64,000 bases of DNA from a virus: IMG/VR virus record IMGVR_UViG_3300030090_007212, positions 32,001-96,000 of that record. One strand, written 5' to 3'. Under the pieces are notes generated by a model. That model did not search any database. It was not told where the DNA came from and worked only from the letters and a program-made list of their open reading frames with translations. Below, in pieces: positions 40,093-50,100 of the stretch (within the stretch, counting starts at the first letter, position 1; every line of letters starts with the position of its first letter). The position numbers and the translations under genes are program-made.

Positions 40093-41484
40093 TTATTCGC
40101 TATTCCCCATGATGCCTTTCTTCTTTTTCATCGCTTCAATCACAAGATTAGATTTCTTTTTTTCTTCTCCTTTTTCGAAATCTAAAAATGAAACATCACT
40201 CGACATTGTGGTATCTATCTTCAATGTACCATTATCAAATAGTATATCTTCCAATATTACCCCATCTTTACCAAACCTAGATTTTAAAATAGCTAAAGTT
40301 GCCCTTCCTTCTTCTTTTTGTTCTAATGTTTTTGCGACCGATAAAATAAAGTGACCTATTTGTCCTTTTTTGATTGATCCTCCGATCATGTCCGCTTCTA
40401 CTACATTAGCACCAATAGAACTTCTATTACCTTGTACTGCCGTCCATCCTACAACATTTAATTCAGAAATCATGGTCTCGAATTGTCTCATAACATTTCC
40501 TTCTCCAGTCCATTCATCTTTAAATTGTTTTGTAGGTGAAACACAATCCATGTAATCTATAAAAACAATATCTGGTTTGGTACCATTTGAACTTAACTTC
40601 CTGAGATACTGTTTAATGTGTGGTATTGTTGTCCCATCACTCGGCATCTTTTTCAAAATCAAATTACCTTCCTTACTTTTAAATTTTGGTAAAATGTTTT
40701 TAATTTTATCTCTGTTTTCAGTTAATTCATTAAGTGGTACTTCAGTCCAACATGTAATATGTTTTCTCTGAATTACCTTGGGGTTATCCTCAAAAAAGAT
40801 TTGTACTACATTATAACCTAAATTATATGCAGTATTTGCCATTTTAGTTATTAATGTTGTTTTACCAACACCAAAAGGTGCTAAAATAACTCCTAACTCT
40901 CCTTTAGATAAACCACCATCCATTAAATTATCAATACCAACCATTCCTGTGGGTATGGGATTTCTAAAATCCTCACATAACACATCATCGATGGCATGAA
41001 ATACATCTATACCCGCATCTTTTTCTGTACCTACGGCTAAAGCATCTTTTAATATTTCTTCACATTCTTCATATCTATCAAAATCTCCCGCATCTAAAAT
41101 CTTTTGTATTTTAGTATTTGCTTTTTTAAGTTCTTGTTGTTTACAAAACTTAATAGCTACTTCTTGAGTGTGTAGACAATCTTTATGATCCGTATTCTTC
41201 ACTTCTTTAATCATAGTAATTGCAGACTCTCTGGCGATTTCTCGTTTAATGTCTACTTTTATTAATTGAAAGAGTGTTTCGTATGTAGGTATAGATTCAT
41301 ACTTTTCAAAGTAATCTTTTAGTGAAGCAATTATAATTCTCAGATACTCATTATCAAAATATAATGGCTCAATAATGTCCATTATTTCTTCTGAAAATTT
41401 TGTGTCTTCGATTAATTGTTTGACTAATCTTATTTGAAAACTATATCCTAAATATCCTAAATTTGTTCTTTTATCCTTAGTCAT
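40093..41484 (-). CDS. dnaB: DnaB/gp41-like replicative helicase
   Basis: IPTG..ID..GGLSKGEL, Walker A APFGVGKT, FIDYMD, TAVQGNR, ILKSRFG. Confidence 0.93.
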   Translation of the reverse strand: MTKDKRTNLGYLGYSFQIRLVKQLIEDTKFSEEIMDIIEPLYFDNEYLRIIIASLKDYFEKYESIPTYETLFQLIKVDIKREIARESAITMIKEVKNTDHKDCLHTQEVAIKFCKQQELKKANTKIQKILDAGDFDRYEECEEILKDALAVGTEKDAGIDVFHAIDDVLCEDFRNPIPTGMVGIDNLMDGGLSKGELGVILAPFGVGKTTLITKMANTAYNLGYNVVQIFFEDNPKVIQRKHITCWTEVPLNELTENRDKIKNILPKFKSKEGNLILKKMPSDGTTIPHIKQYLRKLSSNGTKPDIVFIDYMDCVSPTKQFKDEWTGEGNVMRQFETMISELNVVGWTAVQGNRSSIGANVVEADMIGGSIKKGQIGHFILSVAKTLEQKEEGRATLAILKSRFGKDGVILEDILFDNGTLKIDTTMSSDVSFLDFEKGEEKKKSNLVIEAMKKKKGIMGNSE

Positions 41485-41519
41485 TTTTATTAAAATGTGG
41501 GTTTAAATATAAATATCTC

Positions 41520-41978
41520 TTAAAGCGCGTAACCTTCATATTCACGCGTATAATTTTTTAAAGTTAATCCATTTTGTATGGTTGAAATTATCTCCGGAAT
41601 AATGGAACGAATGTCAACATCATATCTAACTTTTGGTGGGAAATCATTACCACTAAAAAATGTTTGTGCCACTATTCTTCCTTTAACCTTTATTTGGAAA
41701 GTGAAGATGTCTTCGTTCTCATAAATATTCTTTTTCTCATCCTTCTCCAAAGGTGGTTGAGTTATATACGGATTATAATATCTATATAGATAATCACAAC
41801 TTCTTGCCTTAAATTGTTCTTTAATCACATATACTGCATCATCTATAGTTTCTTTTAATTCTAAAGATCGTAAACTATGTACATTAAAACCTTTAATTTG
41901 GAAATTTCTTCCGACTATAGGTTTATTATTAATCAATAATAAAAATTCATAAGGGAGATTTTCATAATTCTTTTTCAT
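41520..41978 (-). CDS. Hypothetical protein
   Basis: ORF packed in the replication operon. Confidence 0.7.
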   Translation of the reverse strand: MKKNYENLPYEFLLLINNKPIVGRNFQIKGFNVHSLRSLELKETIDDAVYVIKEQFKARSCDYLYRYYNPYITQPPLEKDEKKNIYENEDIFTFQIKVKGRIVAQTFFSGNDFPPKVRYDVDIRSIIPEIISTIQNGLTLKNYTREYEGYAL

Positions 41979-41984
41979 AACTTT

Positions 41985-43028
41985 TTAATTTGCGTTTTTA
42001 CTAAAATAACTTTTTTCTTTTTTAATAATTCTAAGAAATGGTCTTAAAAAATTTATATAACCATCTCTACCCCCAGGTATTGCCATTGTTAACCCATCTT
42101 CTACCATCATTTTAATAACATTTTTTGTTGTCCTATCTTCCGGATCAATAGGAGTTTCAAATAAGTCATCTAAATATGTTTTAGAAGATTCGGTTAATAA
42201 TGGTTTTTTTAAATCAATAATTTTATCGTTAATATTATAGATATCCTCCCCTTGAATACCTACAGTAACTTTATTGATTATGTTGTCTAATGTTTTCAAT
42301 CTTGTTTTTCTTTCGCTTTGTATTATTTCAATTTTACTAAATATATCTTCCAATGTCAAAGATTGTAGGGTAAATTCGGGAAAATATTTTATTAAAGTTT
42401 TTTCACTCACCCCTTTTATACCTTTAATGTTGTCACTGTTGTCACCAGAGAGGATTTTTAATAGTTTTATATTGCTATAATGATGGTTAAAATTTTCATT
42501 ATAATTTTTAATAGTTACTATTTTTCTTAAATTTATTACATATACACCAATACGTTCATGTAATAATTGTAACATATCTCTATCATTAGTGACTATGACT
42601 ATTTTTTCATCATCTTTAATTTTGGAACAATAATACGCAATTCCATCATCTGCTTCAATAATTTCATCTTGAAATTGTCGAATAAATAGTTCTTCACAAT
42701 ATTGGAATACTCTTTCTTTTTGAATATATAATTCGGGTTCCGAAGGTGGTTGTTGAGTATAGAAATCTTTGTCTCTGTTGGATTTATAATCTTTATAGAT
42801 GTCATACCTTAACCTACCACTAAATATTCCATCCCAGAAGACAAAAACCCTATCATAACGATGTTCATTAATACACTTCCTTAACATAGTTAGGAATTGA
42901 AAAATACCGCCTATATGGGTTTCTTTATAGTAAAGATTTTTCGCTCCATGATAGGCGGTTTTTAATAATGAATCACCATCTACTAATAGGGTGGTTGTAT
43001 ATTTTTTTCTTTTAGTTGGTCTGGACAC
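41985..43028 (-). CDS. 5'-3' exonuclease / flap endonuclease (T4 RNase H-like), GTG start
   Basis: LLVDGD, FWDG, YKSNR, EADDGIA, TNDRDMLQL, GDNSDNIKGIKGVSEKT. Confidence 0.93.
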   Translation of the reverse strand: MSRPTKRKKYTTTLLVDGDSLLKTAYHGAKNLYYKETHIGGIFQFLTMLRKCINEHRYDRVFVFWDGIFSGRLRYDIYKDYKSNRDKDFYTQQPPSEPELYIQKERVFQYCEELFIRQFQDEIIEADDGIAYYCSKIKDDEKIVIVTNDRDMLQLLHERIGVYVINLRKIVTIKNYNENFNHHYSNIKLLKILSGDNSDNIKGIKGVSEKTLIKYFPEFTLQSLTLEDIFSKIEIIQSERKTRLKTLDNIINKVTVGIQGEDIYNINDKIIDLKKPLLTESSKTYLDDLFETPIDPEDRTTKNVIKMMVEDGLTMAIPGGRDGYINFLRPFLRIIKKEKSYFSKNAN

Positions 43029-43060
43029 TTCTCATATTGATTCTAAAAATTAAACAATAG

Positions 43061-44110
43061 TTATTGATCGGCGTATTCCACTGGTGATTCTATAGTATCT
43101 CCTTCTTCAATAGAAAAATCTACTTCTTCACCAACACTGTCAAATACTTGTGACCAATATTCTTTATAATCTGATTTATAAGAATCAATAGACTTCTTAT
43201 CATCTTCTATGAACCCATGTGTGGTAGCTAATATTCTACAATCAGCATAACCTAATCCGTTCATATGATTTTTATGTATGCCTACCTTAGTCCTTACTGC
43301 AAAGTTTACTTTTCTACCTTTGTTAGTCGCATTTAATTTAGATACACCTGAACTTTTCTGATTACCAAATAGAAATACTAACGCACAAGATAAGTAAATT
43401 GATTGTCCTCCTTTAGGTTGGATTCTTGGTTGACTAAAAGGATTATCAGGTAATTCTACCCAAGGTTGGTTAACAAATACCATAGTATTAGTATAAGGAG
43501 CACTTTCTTTACGAGAAGATGTAATTCTTTGTGCCATACCCATACCCCATTTTTCAGAAATAATACGAGCGGTATGTTGATTACCACCTTTACCTTCAAA
43601 ACTCATTTTACAAGGAATTGTCCCTATAGAGTCCCATAAAAATACAATATCATGAGGTATATCCCCATTTTTTTGTGCATCTAATATTTCAGTAACATAA
43701 TCAAATGCTTGTTCTATGTATTCGAATCCCAACCTATATAATAGAAATCCATCCCAAAATGCTTCGATTTCTCCTGTACTTTCATCTACTTCTTCAACAT
43801 ATTCAGTTTCTAATCCCATTTGTTTAGCATGTTCAAAACTAAATTTCTGTTCGGTAATAATAAAAACAGGCAGTATTCCTTTCTTTTGTGCATCTACTGC
43901 GGTTTGGATTAAAGCGGTAGTTTTACCAGTATCGGAATGACCCAATAACATATTAATTTGACCCATTGCTGGTCCTGGTATTCCTGTCGCTTTTTGGAAA
44001 GATTCCCCTAGATCAAAGTATTTTTGTTCTTTATACTTATCACTAGAAGAAAAACGTTTCCGGATACTAGAAAAATCAGTTGATTTCTTTTTTAGAGGTT
44101 TTTTTGCCAT
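43061..44110 (-). CDS. recA: RecA/UvsX recombinase
   Basis: Walker A GHSDTGKT, ITEQKF, FLWDSIG, FVNQ, PKGG, KNH. Confidence 0.9.
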   Translation of the reverse strand: MAKKPLKKKSTDFSSIRKRFSSSDKYKEQKYFDLGESFQKATGIPGPAMGQINMLLGHSDTGKTTALIQTAVDAQKKGILPVFIITEQKFSFEHAKQMGLETEYVEEVDESTGEIEAFWDGFLLYRLGFEYIEQAFDYVTEILDAQKNGDIPHDIVFLWDSIGTIPCKMSFEGKGGNQHTARIISEKWGMGMAQRITSSRKESAPYTNTMVFVNQPWVELPDNPFSQPRIQPKGGQSIYLSCALVFLFGNQKSSGVSKLNATNKGRKVNFAVRTKVGIHKNHMNGLGYADCRILATTHGFIEDDKKSIDSYKSDYKEYWSQVFDSVGEEVDFSIEEGDTIESPVEYADQ

Positions 44111-44115
44111 AATGC

Positions 44116-45006
44116 TTAAAATGGTAAGTCGTCAGTTTCTTCATTATCAAGTGGAGTTACATCTACACTATCATCTGTAGTGTCTACAGTAGAAGTAGTA
44201 GTAACATCATCCTTCAATAAATTTATTTCATCTTCCAATGAAGCGGTTTCTGATTCTTCTCTTTCTTCTTCCGCAACATACTTACTTTGTTCTGAATCCC
44301 AAATAGGAGTCATATTTTTTGCAACTATTTCTAAATATTCAGGAGATTTTTTGGCGTAAACATCTCTAAATGTTTCTTCGTTGTTAAACCACTCGTTAGC
44401 TTTGGTGGTATCTTCAGTTAATAGAGTTACATCGTCACACATAATAGAAGTCACAACGCTCCATCCTTTATCATTTCGATTAGTAGTAATAATAATATCT
44501 CTACCTTCTCTAGCATCAGTGATATCACCTTTTAGTTTAAACAAAGGCATTAACTTATCCATAACACCATCACCAGTGTATTTATGTTTAAATCTCCAAA
44601 ATTTAACACCATGATCTTCATTATCTCTATCTATACCTTTTACTACATAAAATTTACGAGGAGTATATTCTCTCGCCATTTCTTTGGCTTTCTTACTACC
44701 CTCCATTAATAAAGCTTCTTTAGCTTCATACAATGGGCAATATTCGCCATCATTTAATTTACTACAGTAAATTTTTTCATATTTACCATTAACTTGTCTT
44801 TCGTAAAAATATACTTCTTGAAAAGGAGAATTACCATCTTTTCCAGGTAAAATCCTAAAAGTTCTGGTAGCACTTTTAACTCCTTTTTGTAGTTTTTCTG
44901 TGAAATACTTTTTTAATCTGTCCTCGTTGGATATTCTACTTCCTTTTGTACTTTTTTCAGTATTTTTCTCATACTGAGATAGTATTGCGTCTAAAGCTTT
45001 ACTCAT
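44116..45006 (-). CDS. gp32-like single-stranded DNA-binding protein
   Basis: FRILPG, CPLYE, GVKFWRF, DITD..EGRD core; acidic tail ending DDLPF. Confidence 0.85.
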   Translation of the reverse strand: MSKALDAILSQYEKNTEKSTKGSRISNEDRLKKYFTEKLQKGVKSATRTFRILPGKDGNSPFQEVYFYERQVNGKYEKIYCSKLNDGEYCPLYEAKEALLMEGSKKAKEMAREYTPRKFYVVKGIDRDNEDHGVKFWRFKHKYTGDGVMDKLMPLFKLKGDITDAREGRDIIITTNRNDKGWSVVTSIMCDDVTLLTEDTTKANEWFNNEETFRDVYAKKSPEYLEIVAKNMTPIWDSEQSKYVAEEEREESETASLEDEINLLKDDVTTTSTVDTTDDSVDVTPLDNEETDDLPF

Positions 45007-45042
45007 TTTTCTAATTTTTTATGATTAATTAATTTAATTATT

Positions 45043-45073
45043 TAAATATAAGGTACTTTTTTATAAAAGTCAA
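45043..45073 (-). promoter_or_regulatory. Promoter TTG-N20-TATATTTA heading the SSB-RecA-exonuclease operon
   Basis: Plus taaatata 45043-45050 and caa 45071-45073. Confidence 0.65.
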
Positions 45074-45076
45074 TAT

Positions 45077-45116
45077 AAAAAAAAACCTATAATGGTTAAA
45101 TTTACACATTATAGGT
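45077..45116 (-). terminator. Rho-independent terminator
   Basis: ACCTATAATG-12 nt-CATTATAGGT followed by a T run on the minus strand. Confidence 0.75.
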
Positions 45117-45142
45117 CAATTAGTCAAATTAAAAAAATAAGT

Positions 45143-45886
45143 TTATTCTGTTTCATCATTTGCGTCATAATCAAATGATTGCTGTACTTCAGTTTTACTA
45201 TAATCGTTTACGTCTTTTTGAGTAATTATATATTCTTCTTTTTCTTCACTACCTACATCATAACCTTCTTGATCTTTCCAAAAATCAGTTAAAGATACAC
45301 TATAAGGGAATGAATCCATTGATCTCATTTCTAATTGTTCTACAGGAGTTGGGTTTCTCTCCTCTATTTCTTTTTCTAACTCATCTATTTTATCAATAAC
45401 TTGATCCATTCCAGATACTTGCCCTTCTAAATCATTGAATTTTCCTAATAATTCATCCATTTTTGATGTTAAAGCATTAATTTCATTTCTTGTTTCTTCT
45501 GCTTTATCCACAATATCGGTAACTTCTATTTCTACAGTTTCTTCTCCACCTTCATCTGCAAATTCATCTTCTACTTCTAAACCACCTTCATCAGCAAAAG
45601 GATCAGTCTCACCTTCTTCATCAGCCATATCAGCAAAAGGATCTTCCCCTTCTTCTCCTTCAACTTCTTCTCCTTCAACCTCCTCATCAGCCATATCAGC
45701 AAAAGGATCTTCTCCTTCTTCCTCTCCCGGAACAGGATCTTGTTCATTTAATTCTTCTGCCGCACCCAATAATAAATTTTCAACTTCATCATTAGGGTTA
45801 GTAATATCATCTTCCATATAGAAAGTATATTCTAACAATTGCATATGCCGTTTAAGCTCCTCTTTTAATAAATTATCGTTTCCCAT
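45143..45886 (-). CDS. Very acidic coiled-coil protein (possible prohead core/scaffold)
   Basis: LLKEELKRH leader, LNEQ, DPFAD repeats, heptad segment. Confidence 0.6.
   Translation of the reverse strand: MGNDNLLKEELKRHMQLLEYTFYMEDDITNPNDEVENLLLGAAEELNEQDPVPGEEEGEDPFADMADEEVEGEEVEGEEGEDPFADMADEEGETDPFADEGGLEVEDEFADEGGEETVEIEVTDIVDKAEETRNEINALTSKMDELLGKFNDLEGQVSGMDQVIDKIDELEKEIEERNPTPVEQLEMRSMDSFPYSVSLTDFWKDQEGYDVGSEEKEEYIITQKDVNDYSKTEVQQSFDYDANDETE
45588..45712. repeat. Coding direct repeat (DPFADMADEE)
   Basis: tcatcagccatatcagcaaaaggatcttc at 45618-45646 and 45684-45712; partial copy at 45588-45604. Confidence 0.85.
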
Positions 45887-45891
45887 TTTTT

Positions 45892-46074
45892 TTAAATTAA
45901 TAATTGTCTACCATCTGTAGTTTTATAAACTTTAGTAACTCTTTCTACAATTTCTTTTCCATCATTGATAAAGCACTCTTCACCTACACACTCCTTCTCC
46001 TTTTTTTCATTTAAGAAATCATCCAATTTATCTTCTAAATTTTGTTTTTCCTTTTTTTCTTTTTTATTTTCCAT
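45892..46074 (-). CDS. Small hypothetical protein
   Basis: 60 aa; late motif at 46090-46099 upstream. Confidence 0.65.
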   Translation of the reverse strand: MENKKEKKEKQNLEDKLDDFLNEKKEKECVGEECFINDGKEIVERVTKVYKTTDGRQLLI

Positions 46075-46102
46075 ATCAATGTCTTTAATTATAAATATTC
46101 TA

Positions 46103-46519
46103 TTATTCAGAAAAATTACGATTAATGTCCATTATTACTAAATTTCCATTTTTTACAATTAACATTTTTCCTTGATATTTATCCCAATCTATTTCATGTT
46201 CTTTATAATTAATATTCCCTTTTTCTAAACCTACTTCAGATTCAATTAACTTATTCAAGGCATTAATTGTGTAAAAACATTCTCCTTTTTTATGTACTAT
46301 AATAGTAGTAGGGAAAAAGGATTTTGTATTGATTTTTTTTCCATCTTTTAAATAAACCCTAAATGTTAATATCTGTTTATCCTGTTCTTCTTCTGATGTG
46401 TAGATGAAAATTTTATCTTCGGGGGTTCTAAACCTTTTTTGTAGATATTTTTTGAAACTTTCTACTTTATCATTAAGGACAAACGAAGCTAGGGTTATTA
46501 TCTTCACTGCATTCTCCAT
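46103..46519 (-). CDS. Hypothetical protein
   Basis: ORF overlapping the upstream gene. Confidence 0.7.
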   Translation of the reverse strand: MENAVKIITLASFVLNDKVESFKKYLQKRFRTPEDKIFIYTSEEEQDKQILTFRVYLKDGKKINTKSFFPTTIIVHKKGECFYTINALNKLIESEVGLEKGNINYKEHEIDWDKYQGKMLIVKNGNLVIMDINRNFSE

Positions 46520-47105
46520 ATCTATAAATGTAAGGTAGTATTTTATTATTTTTGTTAGTTTTTGTTATTATACTCTTACATTTATTAAATACTTGATTTC
46601 TGATTAAAAGGCTATCAGTTAATTGGTTGATTTTATTAATTATTTTTTGTTTTTTAATACCTATTAATTCCATAATATTTAAATCAACACCAAAAACGAT
46701 GTTTTCATTATAAATATATAACATATTATTGTCACTTATATATGAAATTGATTTATTAAAACTATTAATTTTATTAATAATTTTTTTAATTTTACTCTTT
46801 TTATCATGAATAGGATCAATATATACATAATTTAAATGATTCCCTATATTACTATAACATAGATTTTTAAATATTATAATATCTTCCTCATATTCAACTT
46901 TTCTTTCTTTTGGTGTGAATGTCCAACATAAATTTTCTTTTATTTGTTTATGTAAAATAGACGCTTCGGATATAGTATCCTTAGTAATATCCCACCCTAT
47001 TATTATTGTGGGTAAATTAGGTATAATATCTTCTATAGTAGTAGATACTTTAAATTCTTTTTCGAATTCTATGGGTTGGTGTGTAACTATATTTCCAATA
47101 ATCAT
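46473..47105 (-). CDS. Hypothetical protein
   Basis: ORF with TATATTTG -7 element at 47111-47118. Confidence 0.7.
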   Translation of the reverse strand: MIIGNIVTHQPIEFEKEFKVSTTIEDIIPNLPTIIIGWDITKDTISEASILHKQIKENLCWTFTPKERKVEYEEDIIIFKNLCYSNIGNHLNYVYIDPIHDKKSKIKKIINKINSFNKSISYISDNNMLYIYNENIVFGVDLNIMELIGIKKQKIINKINQLTDSLLIRNQVFNKCKSIITKTNKNNKILPYIYRYGECSEDNNPSFVCP

Positions 47106-47144
47106 AATTACAAATATAAGAATTTTTTTTTAAAAAGTTAATAC

Positions 47145-50100
47145 CTATGCCCTATCGTAAGATATTAAAGGTTTACCCTCATACGAAAAATTACTTAAAA
47201 CGGACTCAAATTTTTCATAAAATTTATCTTTATCCTTTTTTGTAGGACAACTCATTGCACTAGTCCTTTCAAACGTAGTAGAATTACCATCTTCTTTAGC
47301 ATAATCATTACAAGATTTTTTGTTAGCATCTTTAATATCATTCCATACGTAAATTGCGGCACGTAAAGCAATATTAGGTTGAGTACTTACCGCAAAAGGT
47401 GTTAACTTTTGATCTCCTTTATCAAACTTTTTATACTGTTCTTTACCATTTATATAAAAATATCCTCTTTCTCTATATCTAAAAGAATCCCCTATTTGAT
47501 CATTACCACCAACAATTACACCATCTTGGTCTAACTTTTGTTTATCGTTATAAACATCATACACTTTATTTATTTCTAAACCATTAACTACAAAAGAATC
47601 CATTTGTGTTGCACTATAATATTTAGTTTGACCCGAAAATGGGGAGGAATCATCAAATTTAACAATAAAGTTTTCTAAAGAAGGTATATCATCTGCAGAT
47701 TGTTTTTCAGTTTTAGATAGGTTATCTGAATTTACTAATAAATTAGTTAAGAACATAGTTGCTTGACTATTACTTATAATACCATTTTGAATCATAACAT
47801 TACCTAATTCTGTGGCACTTACTCTTTCATTCACTGGAGTTGTCACCCCTAATTCTTGAGTTAATTTTTCTTCAGTTAGTTGATTATACTCAAAATTTAA
47901 TTTTTGTACCTCTTCATCAACACCAATACTATATAAGGGGTCAGTGGTTAAATTATTAGAAAATTCAATAGGAGGTAATTGTAAATCTGCCGTTAAATCT
48001 ATATTTAAGAAGGCAGTAGGTTTATCCACATAACTAGTAATAAATTTAGATTGTCTTACACCACTAAAATTAGTAGACATACTATTTGGTGTAATATTAT
48101 GATTTACGTTGGTTATAAGATATGCACCATTAAAAAATGGGACATTTTGTAAATCAAAATACATAAGTGGTTGGATATTCATACACCCCATAGCATCTAC
48201 TTTACACGTATAAGATCTGGTTTTAAATAACCTTAATAAGTCACTTCCCTGATATGATCTTTGTGTACCACCTTTTTTATCAATAAGATCACTTAATGCT
48301 TTAAAATACTCCGCAGTTTCTCTATGTTCTTGTTGACTTAAAGATACATTTTTAAAAATTGTTTGGTTTTGTGCACCAAACCCAACTTTAAAAGCAACTA
48401 AACTACTATCGGAATTAAAATCACTAGGAATATTCTTATTACTAAACGAAAACCCATCATTAGGATAAGAATAAGTAGTATTCTCCCCAATATCTAATAC
48501 TTCAGAATTACCACCCGCATAAATACAAACATACGCTGGTCCTCTAGACCTATTATTTTCATTAACATTAGTTATTGGTTTAAAAATTTCTGCAACTTCA
48601 ACATTATCTTTATAATTTATAAAAGTAGGTAATATCTGAAATAGAAAATTACTATCCCTCAATATTTTTGCAATAAAAAAATAGATTGAGGTGTTAAGGT
48701 CATTAGATAAACCTAGAATACTATCTAAATTGATAACCGCTTTATCTCCTATATCTGCCCAACCTCTGTCAATAAATTTAAAATAATCAAATAATTCATT
48801 ATTCGCACCACATACTTGTTGTTGTTTATTATCATCTGCCACCCATTTATTATTTACATTCTTAAAGTAATTATAAATTTGTAACTTAATAGAGTTTTCT
48901 GTTGAATTGCTGTTAGTGTTTACTTGTTCCGTTTTATTATCACTACCTTTCTCATTAACTGTTTCTTCAAATGCACTTTTAAATCCTGTTAGATAATCAT
49001 TTATATCATTTATGGTGATATTATTGTTTGGTGTGTTAGGGTCAAAAAATGAAGTAGGTGCAGTTAAAACCACTGAACTTAATTTATTCATTTCATTAAT
49101 GATTTGATTACGTGCAGAGATTTGTTGATCTTCGGATATGGTTAAATCACTACTTTTATATGTTTTAACTAAATTTTCAAAATTTAAAAATCCTTTTGCA
49201 CCTGAACTTAACCCTACCCAATTTTCAAATTTAAATATTAATTCTTGTTGTGTTTTAAAAGGTAAGTTTAATAATTCATTTTCTATGTTAGGGGTTTTAT
49301 CTCCGCTTAACACACCTATTTTATTTATATATTGATTTTTAGGTGAGGAAAGAACATTCCAATTACTTAAAAAGTCATTATTATATCTCGATAATAAACC
49401 ACCAATAAAATATAGATAATAACTTGGTATTTTTATTACTCGTGCGGTTTGATTTTCTTGTTTTAAAACTTCTAATACCTTTTTAAATTTATTGAAAGGT
49501 AAAGTAGATAATAATAATAATGCCCTACCTTTATCATCACTTATATTATTATAAAAATCATTATCTGTTAATAAAGTTTCATATTTTGTTTGATTATTAG
49601 GGGGTAATGTTGGATTTAAAATATTGATGTATTTCCCTTCTGCCTCACTTGGTTCATTACTTATAGTAGTATTAGGTAATGGGTTGGAGTTAGTTATTGT
49701 AGTATTAGGAAGAGGGGACGTAGAAGATACATTGGTGGTAGGGGTAATGTCTTCTGTTGTTATATTTCCCCCATCAATAACTTTTATACTTCTAATATTA
49801 TAATTTTCATTTTTATTATCCGTTGCTATTAATTTATTATTAACCTTATCTAACCAAATATGGTTAAATAAATTGTTAGTAAGATTATTATTATAATAAT
49901 AAGTTTTATAAGTCTTAGAATTTACTTCTTTAGCAACAATCTTTTTATAATCTTTATTATCAGTAATATCTCCCCATAAAGATTTACTGTTATTTACTAT
50001 TGTGGATACACTATTATCTACTATAATATATTGTGATTCTACAATTGGTTTATTGACAACTTCAAAACCGTTATTGATTTTTTTAACCATATTGGTATCA

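Noticed and set aside
49661-49720. Short tandem duplication PLPNTTI(T/S)N in the hub protein
   Set aside because: Two copies in a low-complexity linker; no sign of a diversification mechanism.
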